Virus record (IMG/VR): IMGVR_UViG_3300006129_000015 | Span: 1 to 38,622 of that record | Direction: 5' to 3' (one strand) | From: a virus | Taxonomy: Duplodnaviria; Caudoviricetes | Length of the DNA stretch: 38,622 bases | Part shown: in pieces, positions 8,164-16,754 of the stretch | Position numbering within the stretch: position 1 is the first letter of the stretch | Layout of the letters: each line of letters begins with the position of its first letter | Made by a program: the position numbers and the translations under genes | The notes under the pieces: generated by a model | Told to the model about the DNA's origin: nothing | Database searches by the model: none | Seen by the model: only the letters and a program-made list of their open reading frames with translations

Positions 8164-9258
8164 TCAATTAATTTGGGTGAACCAATCAATTGTTTCATAC
8201 CAATCTTTTCTGCTCAATTTGTTATAGTTTTTCAAGCCCTTAATATGTGGCTTGATCCATGGCATAGTGTCATGAACAAACATTGCTCGTTCCATGGCCT
8301 TTACAATACTAGCAGAATCAGTGGGGTGAGCTCGCATAAGTGGGTCACTCCAGTGAATTTCATCTGAAGTTACAATTGGTACATTGTTGATAGCAAAGTC
8401 TGCGGCAACAATATTAAATGTTTCTGTAAAACTAACTTGTAGACCAATGTCCATCTTGCAGATCAAACGATTGAATTCTTTGTGGTCGAACCAGGGATGC
8501 TCAACAAGCTCTGCATTGTCAACTCTGGTAAAAATATCTCGCAGGTTTTTCAAAATAGGTGCCCCATTCCCTTCAACGCGAGATCCGTTAATGTGGAACT
8601 TTAGGTGCTTACCATGCTTCTGTGCATATTCAATTGCAGCAATTGCTTGAATTACATGATTCTTAAGTGGGCGAATTGCGCCGAAGCATCCAACATTTAG
8701 AATGTGCTTGTGTTTTGTAGTCTTTGGAAAGCTATAGGTTGGAACATCAACCGGATAATAATTGGGAAGATAACAAATACCACTAGCAGGATGAGTTTCT
8801 CCGATTATGACACCCAATTCACGGTGTGCATTTCTGTGATTTGATGCTACCCACACATTGGGGTATTTTACATAATCAATTGTCCAACCAAATGCAATGC
8901 CTTCATTGGCAAGGAAAGGAGTGTTGGAATGGTTTCGGATGATCCAGGTGACCTTAGGGTGCAACTTGGTTAAAACAGCAAATTTTTCTGGCACTACCCA
9001 GTAAGCTTCAATCACAACAATGTCTGGTTTAAACTGTGTGACTTCACGATCAATGCAATTGTTGTCAATCACTTGAACCATTTTGACTTCATAATTGGGA
9101 TTTTCGTTCAACATTTCCACTACGAATCGAGCAGAATTATAGAGGCCTGAACTGAGTCCTTTGGTATATGCCCAATCTTTCTTGGGATCTACAGGTGAAT
9201 CCTTGTAATCACCATAATCAGTTTCACGATACTTTAATATAAATAGAACTTTGGTCAT
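8164..9258 (-). CDS. GT-B (family 4-like) glycosyltransferase
   Basis: 'GCFGAIRPLKN' and 'QVSFTETFNIVAAD....VPIV' (EX7E-like motif). Confidence 0.8.
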   Translation of the reverse strand: MTKVLFILKYRETDYGDYKDSPVDPKKDWAYTKGLSSGLYNSARFVVEMLNENPNYEVKMVQVIDNNCIDREVTQFKPDIVVIEAYWVVPEKFAVLTKLHPKVTWIIRNHSNTPFLANEGIAFGWTIDYVKYPNVWVASNHRNAHRELGVIIGETHPASGICYLPNYYPVDVPTYSFPKTTKHKHILNVGCFGAIRPLKNHVIQAIAAIEYAQKHGKHLKFHINGSRVEGNGAPILKNLRDIFTRVDNAELVEHPWFDHKEFNRLICKMDIGLQVSFTETFNIVAADFAINNVPIVTSDEIHWSDPLMRAHPTDSASIVKAMERAMFVHDTMPWIKPHIKGLKNYNKLSRKDWYETIDWFTQIN

Positions 9259-9345
9259 AAATGCCTCTGGAAATCACCAGAACTATTTATGTCTCGAAAT
9301 TTAAATTAAATTGAGTTTTACAAATATTTTACATATATTTTTTAA

Positions 9346-9522
9346 ATGACAAACATTACTGAAACAACATTTGAAGATTTTGAAAATCAAAAACGGATTA
9401 GTCAAATCGCACAGGGTTATATTGAAATACCCTTTGCACTATCCAAATTTTTTGGACACGCCAAATGGATTCATCGCGATGAATTGAAAGCGTTGAAAGC
9501 TTTTATCAATGAAGATCGATAA
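9346..9522 (+). CDS. small hypothetical protein (58 aa)
   Basis: Manual ORF MTNITETTFEDFENQKRISQ...FINEDR fills the gap; no clear RBS. Confidence 0.4.
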   Translation: MTNITETTFEDFENQKRISQIAQGYIEIPFALSKFFGHAKWIHRDELKALKAFINEDR

Positions 9523-9551
9523 TTCACACAATTAATTTCACAAACGTTCAG

Positions 9552-9707
9552 TAGGCCAGGTGAGATTCGAACTCACGCTAGCTCCGTTAATTGACGAAAA
9601 TAAACCAATGAGTCTATTTTCGAATGGGGTTCCCTATTATTTCTAATAGGGGGAAGATCGAACTTCCTAATATGAGCGGAGTGCCTTAACCACTTGGCTA
9701 CTGGCCA
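9552..9707 (-). tRNA. tRNA with CAU anticodon (probably Ile2), interrupted by an 83-nt insertion; no encoded CCA
   Basis: UGGCCAG-UA-GCC AAGUGGUUAA GGC-A-CUCCG CUCAUA^A CGGAG-CUAGC-GUGAG UUCGAAU CUCAC-CUGGCCU-A. Removing 9588-9670 leaves a 73-nt cloverleaf with C4-G69, C5-G68 and A73. Confidence 0.88.
9588..9670 (-). other. structured tRNA intron/insertion at position 37/38 (boundary ambiguous by 1 nt)
   Basis: Three hairpins: GGAAG-UUCGAU-CUUCC, CCCUAUUA-GAAA-UAAUAGGG, CGAAAAUAGAC-UCAUUG-GUUUAUUUUCG. Confidence 0.8.
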
Positions 9708-9726
9708 ACTCAACGTTTGCATAAGT

Positions 9727-9757
9727 TATTTATAGCAATAATATACCATTTTGTCAA
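9727..9757 (-). promoter_or_regulatory. composite promoter TTGACA-N17-TATAAATA for the tRNA
   Basis: tgtcaa at 9752-9757, tatttata at 9727-9734. Confidence 0.75.
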
Positions 9758-9760
9758 CAG

Positions 9761-10507
9761 TTATATGGTGATCCGCCATTCATTCCAAGGGAATTGATCT
9801 GGATAACGTTCTTTCATTACTCGGTTGCCAATTTCAAAAAATTCCCGTGTCACAGATCCTGGATTACCTGCCAAACGATAATTCAAAGTATATTTGCCTG
9901 TACCTCCCCAATTAGGATAGAAGTGATTAATGTTATGTAGGAATTGTCGATCAGCACCCCATTGTCCATGCCAAGCAGCACCACATCTGATTGCTACATC
10001 ACGTCGAATACAAAATGCAGAAGTATCAACCAAATGACTGTTAGAATCCACATAGGTTGGGTATTTCCCCAGGCTTTCGCAATTGTCATCCAACAGATAA
10101 TTTCCTGAAACGTCACATATTTTTCTTAGACTGTGTCCCCAAGCATAACCCTGCATCTTGCATGATTCAATTTGTGAACTCACGTGATTAGGATCAAACC
10201 AATTGTCTTGGTCCAGATAAAATATCCAGTCTTGATCAACTAGAAAATTTGCAGCAGCATAAATCCTATGCCCATACCAACCATTAGCGCCAGTGTTATA
10301 CGGCAAGACCATCACTGAAACGTTATTTTTTTCTGATTTTCCACTAGTAGCATCTGCAATATATATACGAACATCTTCTTCAAACTGCGGGCCATCAACG
10401 ACCACCAACACTCGCGTATTGGACCAATCTTGTTCAACTGCTGATGCTAGACATTCATATAGAGTACTAGCACCAGTTGTTGGAATTATAATAACAGCAG
10501 AATCCAT
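9761..10507 (-). CDS. GT-A (family 2-like) glycosyltransferase
   Basis: 'VIIIPTTG', 'VVVDG', DXD motif 'YLDQDNW', 'VDTS', 'WGADR'. Start at 10507 overlaps the upstream stop (TGATG). Confidence 0.85.
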   Translation of the reverse strand: MDSAVIIIPTTGASTLYECLASAVEQDWSNTRVLVVVDGPQFEEDVRIYIADATSGKSEKNNVSVMVLPYNTGANGWYGHRIYAAANFLVDQDWIFYLDQDNWFDPNHVSSQIESCKMQGYAWGHSLRKICDVSGNYLLDDNCESLGKYPTYVDSNSHLVDTSAFCIRRDVAIRCGAAWHGQWGADRQFLHNINHFYPNWGGTGKYTLNYRLAGNPGSVTREFFEIGNRVMKERYPDQFPWNEWRITI

Positions 10508-10920
10508 CAAATCATCACTCGCTTTCTGGGACCAAATAATACCAATGACAATAACCAATACAATGTGCCAATTCCAATTTCAATTGTCATCAGAAAATAG
10601 TTACCAATCAAGTAGGCAGCAATTGGAAAGACAATGAACGTTTGAATAAAGCTTCGTAGGAACACAACGTCCTGATATTCTTCGTGTAATGCAATTGCTG
10701 TTTGAATATCAGGATCTTGACAAGCGACCGCTTGAGAAGAATTAAAAAACAAAACAGTTAAAAACGCCACAAGAGTAAGTACGATATCAAAGATTATTGT
10801 TCCTGTCACAAGAATGTCGGCCGGTGATTTTAGAACAGTCAATTTTAAACTGGCTATCACAAATGCTAGCAGAATCACATCATATGCTCTAGATAACCAA
10901 AATTGTCTTTGATAAATCAT
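10507..10920 (-). CDS. hypothetical membrane protein
   Basis: About four hydrophobic segments; coupled to both neighbours. Confidence 0.65.
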   Translation of the reverse strand: MIYQRQFWLSRAYDVILLAFVIASLKLTVLKSPADILVTGTIIFDIVLTLVAFLTVLFFNSSQAVACQDPDIQTAIALHEEYQDVVFLRSFIQTFIVFPIAAYLIGNYFLMTIEIGIGTLYWLLSLVLFGPRKRVMI

Positions 10921-11342
10921 TTTTTGAATCCAGTCTTATAACCAATTTTAAAAACCAACTTCAATGCCAAATAGCCCGCGATCATAATCGCCGCCATCTT
11001 AGCTTGTAGTTGATTGCCTGAACACCAAACCAAGACCAGCGGGAGCACCCATACAAAAAATGTAGTTGATGGATCCCAATTCCATGTGTGAAGAGTTACA
11101 TAAGTCAATGTGGAATTTTTATATTTTTGGAAATTTTCCAATTGATTATTTCGAATCCAACCGGTGGTTACATTATACAAGATAACTACCAAACAAACTG
11201 AAAATGCTAACAGCGCAACCCAACACCAACTTAAGACGCTAGCGATATCCTGCAATATAGGAAAGTCTCGACCAAATGAAATTGAGAGAGCCAATATACA
11301 ACTAAAAACATAGTGGCCGATTGAAGGAACTCGTTTAACCAT
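10917..11342 (-). CDS. hypothetical membrane protein
   Basis: Three to four hydrophobic segments; ATGA overlap with the next gene. Confidence 0.65.
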   Translation of the reverse strand: MVKRVPSIGHYVFSCILALSISFGRDFPILQDIASVLSWCWVALLAFSVCLVVILYNVTTGWIRNNQLENFQKYKNSTLTYVTLHTWNWDPSTTFFVWVLPLVLVWCSGNQLQAKMAAIMIAGYLALKLVFKIGYKTGFKK

Positions 11343-12276
11343 TTTCCCAACTCATCATTAATTTATTGCCAACTTTGTGCAATGTTAGATTTTCTACTCG
11401 AATTTCATTCCTAGCATCTGGCCCGGCAGTCAACAATTCACGGCTGAAGTGTTCAATTTGTCCAGTACTAAAACTTGTAATATTATAATGATCAAAGATA
11501 TGCAAAATCAAATTCTTAATTCTGATCTGTGACCAAGTCTTGATTATTTTCAAATCCAAACTGTTTTGTGTAATTTCTGCAGATCGCCAATCCAATTGTG
11601 CTAATTCACGCGTCAATTCAAATGTTTCACTCAACAAGTCAATTGATTTGTTGATGTTGATATCAGCAATTGCATATCTTGATTGAATCAGTGGCCACAT
11701 GACATTGCGAATCCAATTTCTATCAAATCGATTGGATGCATTACTGGGATCAGTAATATGTTCAATGCCATTGATTAAAGCATAGGATTCCAGTTGTTCA
11801 CGTGTTTGATTGAGCAATGGTCTGACAACTTGAATTGCAGGATCCAACCAACATGCGGTAGTGGTTGTCATACCTTTGAGACCTTTGATGCCAGATCCTC
11901 GCATCAATTTCATAAAAAACGTTTCAATACGATCATTTAAATGATGAGCTAGCACAATAGTATCAGCGCCCAGGCTGCACAGAGCTTGGTAGCGAGCTGA
12001 ACGAGCAGCAAATTCCAAATTGTTACCTGCCACGTCAACGCGAATCGTTTGTTGTTCAAATCCCAGCTTGGTAGCTTCTCGTTCAACAAAGTCGCCCCAA
12101 TTTCGACTGTCAGGATTCAATTGATGATCAACATAAACAACTTGCCAAGTTTTGTCAGCTGTTTTTAATTTAGCCAGGGAGTGCATCAGCACCATGCTAT
12201 CCAGACCACCACTGACACCAATGACAATATTGTGACTATTTGCAAATAGTTGATCAAATGTTTTTTGAGTAATCAT
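11335..12276 (-). CDS. tilS: tRNA(Ile)-lysidine synthase
   Basis: PP-loop SGGLDS, 'VDHQL', 'EFAARSARY', 'AHHLNDRIETFFMKLMRGSG', 'RPLL', 'DPSN.....RNWIR'. Confidence 0.93.
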   Translation of the reverse strand: MITQKTFDQLFANSHNIVIGVSGGLDSMVLMHSLAKLKTADKTWQVVYVDHQLNPDSRNWGDFVEREATKLGFEQQTIRVDVAGNNLEFAARSARYQALCSLGADTIVLAHHLNDRIETFFMKLMRGSGIKGLKGMTTTTACWLDPAIQVVRPLLNQTREQLESYALINGIEHITDPSNASNRFDRNWIRNVMWPLIQSRYAIADININKSIDLLSETFELTRELAQLDWRSAEITQNSLDLKIIKTWSQIRIKNLILHIFDHYNITSFSTGQIEHFSRELLTAGPDARNEIRVENLTLHKVGNKLMMSWENG

Positions 12277-12278
12277 TG

Positions 12279-12518
12279 TTATTGATAAATTTTATTGTAG
12301 AGATAGACAATTGGCTTGGAATATCTAAAGGTATTCCAGTGACCAATGATTCTCATGATCAGCCGATATTCTCTGGTTTGCCGATATGAATCAATTGCAA
12401 TAGAGAGTGATTTCATTCGCTCACGTTCACTGATATTAATGATACCCTTAATCAGAAATCGTTGAAGTAGAGCCAATTCGGAAACATCTTCTTTGTATTT
12501 TTGAAACCGAGTTTTCAT
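12279..12518 (-). CDS. hypothetical protein
   Basis: ATG at 12518 after a GAGGG RBS; fills the gap in the operon. Confidence 0.55.
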   Translation of the reverse strand: MKTRFQKYKEDVSELALLQRFLIKGIINISERERMKSLSIAIDSYRQTREYRLIMRIIGHWNTFRYSKPIVYLYNKIYQ

Positions 12519-12567
12519 ATTACCCTCTGAGTTTGTACCAACACCATAATAGATATTGACAAACAAG

Positions 12568-13017
12568 TCAACTGTTTTCTAAAAATTCTCGTAATTTTTC
12601 AGCAGCAAGTTCATTAGCTAATAACATATCAAGTCCCCAGTGACGAGGATGAGGTATATCTGCTAAATCACACCACACGGTGTCTTCAATTTCCCAATTG
12701 ATAACTGGTTTGAATATTTTGGGAACTATTACTGCATAATTATAAAATTCAAAACGAGGCAAATAGGTGTTGTTGATATAGAGTAATTTACGAGGTTTAC
12801 CAGTTATATCATACCCAACTTCTTCCAGTGTTTCACGAATTGCTGCTGGACCAGGTGTTTCACCAGGGTCAACAGAACCACCCGGAATACCCCAAGTTCT
12901 AGGGCTATTAACCAGGTTGCTTCTCAGTATGAACAAAAACTTTTGTTCTGTTTGGGCATAAATTAGGGTTCCGGCTCCCTGCTTGGGTGCGGGAGTTAAT
13001 AGATCGCTGACTTTCAT
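12568..13017 (-). CDS. NUDIX hydrolase
   Basis: Nudix box GGSVDPGETPGPAAIRETLEEVG. Confidence 0.92.
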   Translation of the reverse strand: MKVSDLLTPAPKQGAGTLIYAQTEQKFLFILRSNLVNSPRTWGIPGGSVDPGETPGPAAIRETLEEVGYDITGKPRKLLYINNTYLPRFEFYNYAVIVPKIFKPVINWEIEDTVWCDLADIPHPRHWGLDMLLANELAAEKLREFLENS

Positions 13018-13025
13018 GTTCGTAT

Positions 13026-14135
13026 TTATTCAGCTTGAGGTCGGTTGAGTATTCTATTTGTGCGAATAAAAGTGGTTCTTTTACTAACTTCTTTGAGTTT
13101 CTCTGCACCAATATAGCTCATTGTTGATCTAAGTCCACCTAAGAATTCTTCTACCGTGTTGGCAACAGTTCCTTTATAGGGAACGAATGATACCCGTCCT
13201 TCGGCAGCCTTGTAGTCACTCTTACCACTATAATGTTTGTCCATGGCTTCTTGACTTGCCATACCATAAATCTTCATCTTAACATCAGGAATGGGATCAT
13301 TTGGGCGAGTGTTTACAATTGTATCATTTACTATTCTAATAGGATTGTAGAGTTTTCCTCGTTCCCAAAGTTCTCCGTCACATTCTTTGTGACCACCGAG
13401 TACAGAGCCCATCATGATAAAATCTGCATTTCCTCCAAATGCCTTGCCAAGATCACCAGGATAAACAATTCCTCCATCACTGCAAAGCAATCCTTTGAGT
13501 CCATGTGACGCGTCGGCACATTCGATCACTGCCGATAGTTGTGGAACACCAACCCCTGCTACACGACGAGTTGAACATTGTCCACCTCCACCAATTCCGG
13601 TTTTTACTATGTCTGCTCCTGCCAAAACCAAAGCTTCCGTCATTTCAGGAGTGCAAACATTGCCCGCCATAATGGTTAAGTCAGGATTCTCCTCACGTAC
13701 TTTTGATAAAAAATCCACGAATGATTCCAAATAAGCACTTGGTACATCAATGCATAAATTTTGAATTCTGTTGTCCAGTTTTTCTTGTACAGCTTGAAAA
13801 AGCTGATAGTCCTGCTCTCGCATGCCAATTGAAAACCAAGCCAATTCAACTTCTCGATCACTCATCGATTGCCAAGCTGTCAAATGTTGCTCTTCAGTAT
13901 AAAATTTATGAAAAGCTGTCATCATATGATATTTAGACAAAGCTTTGTGCATGGCAAAGGTACCAATAGTGTCCATGTTGGCAGCAATAATAGGCACGCC
14001 TGTCCAAGTTCGACCACTGTGCTTCATGACAAAGGTGCGAGTAATATCTACGTCTTTTCGAGACTTTAATACACTGCGCTTGGGAAGAATTAGAACATCA
14101 TCAAAATCAAGTTTAACTTCCAAATCAATTTTCAT
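13026..14135 (-). CDS. guaC: GMP reductase
   Basis: 'KLDFDDVLILPKRS.LKSR', 'WTGVPIIAANMDT.GTF.M', catalytic 'GIGGGGQCSTR', 'SAVIECADA.HG', 'SDGG', 'GGLRS'. Confidence 0.92.
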   Translation of the reverse strand: MKIDLEVKLDFDDVLILPKRSVLKSRKDVDITRTFVMKHSGRTWTGVPIIAANMDTIGTFAMHKALSKYHMMTAFHKFYTEEQHLTAWQSMSDREVELAWFSIGMREQDYQLFQAVQEKLDNRIQNLCIDVPSAYLESFVDFLSKVREENPDLTIMAGNVCTPEMTEALVLAGADIVKTGIGGGGQCSTRRVAGVGVPQLSAVIECADASHGLKGLLCSDGGIVYPGDLGKAFGGNADFIMMGSVLGGHKECDGELWERGKLYNPIRIVNDTIVNTRPNDPIPDVKMKIYGMASQEAMDKHYSGKSDYKAAEGRVSFVPYKGTVANTVEEFLGGLRSTMSYIGAEKLKEVSKRTTFIRTNRILNRPQAE

Positions 14136-14725
14136 TAGAGTGCCTTTGCAGATTCAATAAATTTGGTGACTTCAGCATGTCGGTTAACAAAATAAGCAAA
14201 CAGCCTTAGTGTATTGAATGCGTCTGCATCTGCTCGATGTGGATGACCTTGAAATTTTAGCCGAAATCTTTCCATGGTGCTTTTTAAGCCACCAGCATAA
14301 GTTTTACCTAATGCCAATTGTTGCATGACAAAATATGTTTTGACATCTATCCACCGACGTCCAAAATTTTTGAAAGTAATGCCTCGTTGGGAAAATTCAA
14401 ACAATAGTTCTGAAGAATCTCCACCACCCCATGTCACAGGATTAATAAAGGGCTGATGTTCTTTTATCAGAGCATCTAATTCATCGGCAACCGTTTGATG
14501 GCTAACAGCTTCATGTTTGATATCAGCATCCGTGATACCTGTCAATTCTGTTATGAATGGAAAAATGGGTTCTTCGGGGTCAATAAACCAACTACGCATG
14601 ATCCAATTGGTTTCTGGTTCATCAACTGCCCCAATAGTGATGCCAACCTGGATAATTTTTGGCCTGACGGTTTCTGGACCATTGTTGAGTTCTAGATCTA
14701 GGCTAAGAAATTTCTGTGTTTTCAT
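14135..14725 (-). CDS. DEDDh (DnaQ-like) 3'-5' exonuclease
   Basis: ExoI 'LDLE', 'ITELTGIT', 'TWGGGD', ExoIII 'HRADADA'. Confidence 0.88.
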   Translation of the reverse strand: MKTQKFLSLDLELNNGPETVRPKIIQVGITIGAVDEPETNWIMRSWFIDPEEPIFPFITELTGITDADIKHEAVSHQTVADELDALIKEHQPFINPVTWGGGDSSELLFEFSQRGITFKNFGRRWIDVKTYFVMQQLALGKTYAGGLKSTMERFRLKFQGHPHRADADAFNTLRLFAYFVNRHAEVTKFIESAKAL

Positions 14726-14761
14726 AAAGCAAATATGCGCTATTTGTTTTTGGTAGTCAAG

Positions 14762-16120
14762 TTACCTTATTAATTTAGGCAGCTTCTTCAGAGCAGCAAC
14801 TTCAGTCTTGTAGATTTTTTTAATAGCTGCTGGGTCTGACAATATTTTTTGATAGCCTGCAATTTCACCTTCCAATGCTCGAACTCTGTCAACTACTTCT
14901 TGATAACCATTTTTGGCCCACCTATAGCTGGGCAATCCCACAATTCTGTCATATTGTTCCGGTGTTAAAACCACTCGTGTACCAACAATGTTCTTCACTT
15001 GAGTCATAACACCTGCTCGATCAGCTGCTTTTGGTAAGAATTCCGGCAATTTTTGTTCATAGCACAATTTTAATGCCAGGTTGAAATTCAAATCAACTGT
15101 CAAGTCTTGAATTAATTTTTCGTATCGTTTGACATAAAATCCCAATCGCCATTTGACAAACTCAGTTATTAGTTCAGTTGTATTTGCAAACTGACGTATA
15201 TTGGTGCCGTCCCAATCCAGTACCACCAATCGCTGACTTGCTTTGGTTCTCAGCTTCAAATAATTAATGCAGTCATCAATGGACCATTTGTCAATTACAC
15301 CACGTTTGAATTTGATTTCAACTTTTATGTGATCTGTGCTGCGATCCACATAGTTGGCAATCGCATCAGCATCTTCCATGTCATTCAAACGAGCTTTGAA
15401 TTTTTCCAGGCTCAAATCTGGTGGTAGCTCCTCAACCCAAATCACATTACCATCTTTACGTACCTTGCCCGTAAACTCCCAGGAATTCTCACTTAAAGTT
15501 TTGACCTGGCAATCCAAATATTCAAAACAGGGCTTTAAAGGCTCCCACTTCTTTCCGTCAATAGCTGCAATCGTAGCATCCACGATGTCACACAAACGAT
15601 GTGGTAAAATATCAGTTGACCAACCCACAGCAATACCACTAACCCCATTTAGGAGTACCATGGGAATCAGTGGTAGAAAATGAACAGGCTCTAGAACACT
15701 GCCATCATAGTTTTCTTTCATGGGAATAATATCATAATCGGTGTATACTAATTGTTCAGTATAGTTTGATTTTTGAACATATGTATAACGTGGAGCACCC
15801 CAGTCATTGGGTCCTACTCGGGTTCCGAAACTTCCAATTCCCTGCATGAGAGTAATATTATTTGCATAGGGAGCGGCCATTAGACTGATCATATCAGCTG
15901 CTGAAGAATCTGAATGTAGATATAGGTTGCTGGAAATCAGATTCCCGACTAAGCTGATAGTTTTGATTTCACCAGAAACCCGCTTCAAAATAAAGAGTGC
16001 TTTGCGTTGTGAATCCTTGAGTCCATCACTCACACTGGGTATTCCTCGATTTTGACAGACATAGATACTATAATCGCGACTTGTGCTTAGGATATATTCA
16101 CTGGTTGTTTGTTGTTTCAT
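14762..16120 (-). CDS. type IIA DNA topoisomerase, cleavage subunit (T4 gp52/GyrA-like)
   Basis: 'DGLKDSQRK', 'Y.H', catalytic 'APRY', 'PMVLLNG.SGIAVGWST'. Confidence 0.93.
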   Translation of the reverse strand: MKQQTTSEYILSTSRDYSIYVCQNRGIPSVSDGLKDSQRKALFILKRVSGEIKTISLVGNLISSNLYLHSDSSAADMISLMAAPYANNITLMQGIGSFGTRVGPNDWGAPRYTYVQKSNYTEQLVYTDYDIIPMKENYDGSVLEPVHFLPLIPMVLLNGVSGIAVGWSTDILPHRLCDIVDATIAAIDGKKWEPLKPCFEYLDCQVKTLSENSWEFTGKVRKDGNVIWVEELPPDLSLEKFKARLNDMEDADAIANYVDRSTDHIKVEIKFKRGVIDKWSIDDCINYLKLRTKASQRLVVLDWDGTNIRQFANTTELITEFVKWRLGFYVKRYEKLIQDLTVDLNFNLALKLCYEQKLPEFLPKAADRAGVMTQVKNIVGTRVVLTPEQYDRIVGLPSYRWAKNGYQEVVDRVRALEGEIAGYQKILSDPAAIKKIYKTEVAALKKLPKLIR

Positions 16121-16425
16121 TGGGTAATTCGCCTAAATACTATTTCCTGCAGAATTTGATTTGCAATATTTTCTGATAGATGCTGTTGTTCCACAGGCAA
16201 GCTTTCTTTGACAATCTGGTTGATTGTAGTTTGATCAATTATATAGCCAAAATTCTTGATCGCATTCAATATATGCATCACATCATTTCCGGTGGCACTA
16301 CTGCATCTCCGCCCATATAGTCTACAAATATCCCAACCTTTGATTGCTTGCCAAACAGTTTCAAACTCCAGTCGTTCTAAATCAGCTTTGGTGGGATCTG
16401 GATAATTATTAAAATCGACCATCAT
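16117..16425 (-). CDS. hypothetical protein
   Basis: ATGA-coupled ORF between the topoisomerase subunits. Confidence 0.6.
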   Translation of the reverse strand: MMVDFNNYPDPTKADLERLEFETVWQAIKGWDICRLYGRRCSSATGNDVMHILNAIKNFGYIIDQTTINQIVKESLPVEQQHLSENIANQILQEIVFRRITQ

Positions 16426-16754
16426 ATTCTATCCGGAAATGCAAATTTGAATTCTAAAATGTCTTCTGGATCTGCTATCAAATACCAATTCACAACATAT
16501 TCAAAATTGGCCACATCATGATAGGGACCAAATCTTTGTATCAACCAATCATTACTCAGTGTTTGTTGCGCCCAGTTATATGCGTATTTAATATGTTTGT
16601 TCTCGTATTTCCAAAGGTTCATTCGGATCAAAGGTGAATGAACTATCTCTAAATCACCGCGATATATGCCCAGTAGACACCTGGTAGAGGCCGGTCCAGG
16701 CCGCGCAAAATGATCTAAATCAATAATGTACCGTGCTGACTGTTGATCAACCAT
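16422..16754 (-). CDS. hypothetical protein
   Basis: Coupled ORF between the topoisomerase subunits. Confidence 0.6.
   Translation of the reverse strand: MVDQQSARYIIDLDHFARPGPASTRCLLGIYRGDLEIVHSPLIRMNLWKYENKHIKYAYNWAQQTLSNDWLIQRFGPYHDVANFEYVVNWYLIADPEDILEFKFAFPDRI

Noticed and set aside
9588-9670. Group I or group II intron
   Set aside because: 83 nt is too short; no P7 core, terminal G or domain V is visible.
9552-9707. Initiator tRNA-fMet call (because of the 1-72 mismatch)
   Set aside because: Lacks the three consecutive G-C pairs at the base of the anticodon stem; C4-G69/C5-G68 and the nearby tilS favour Ile2. Elongator Met is not fully excluded.
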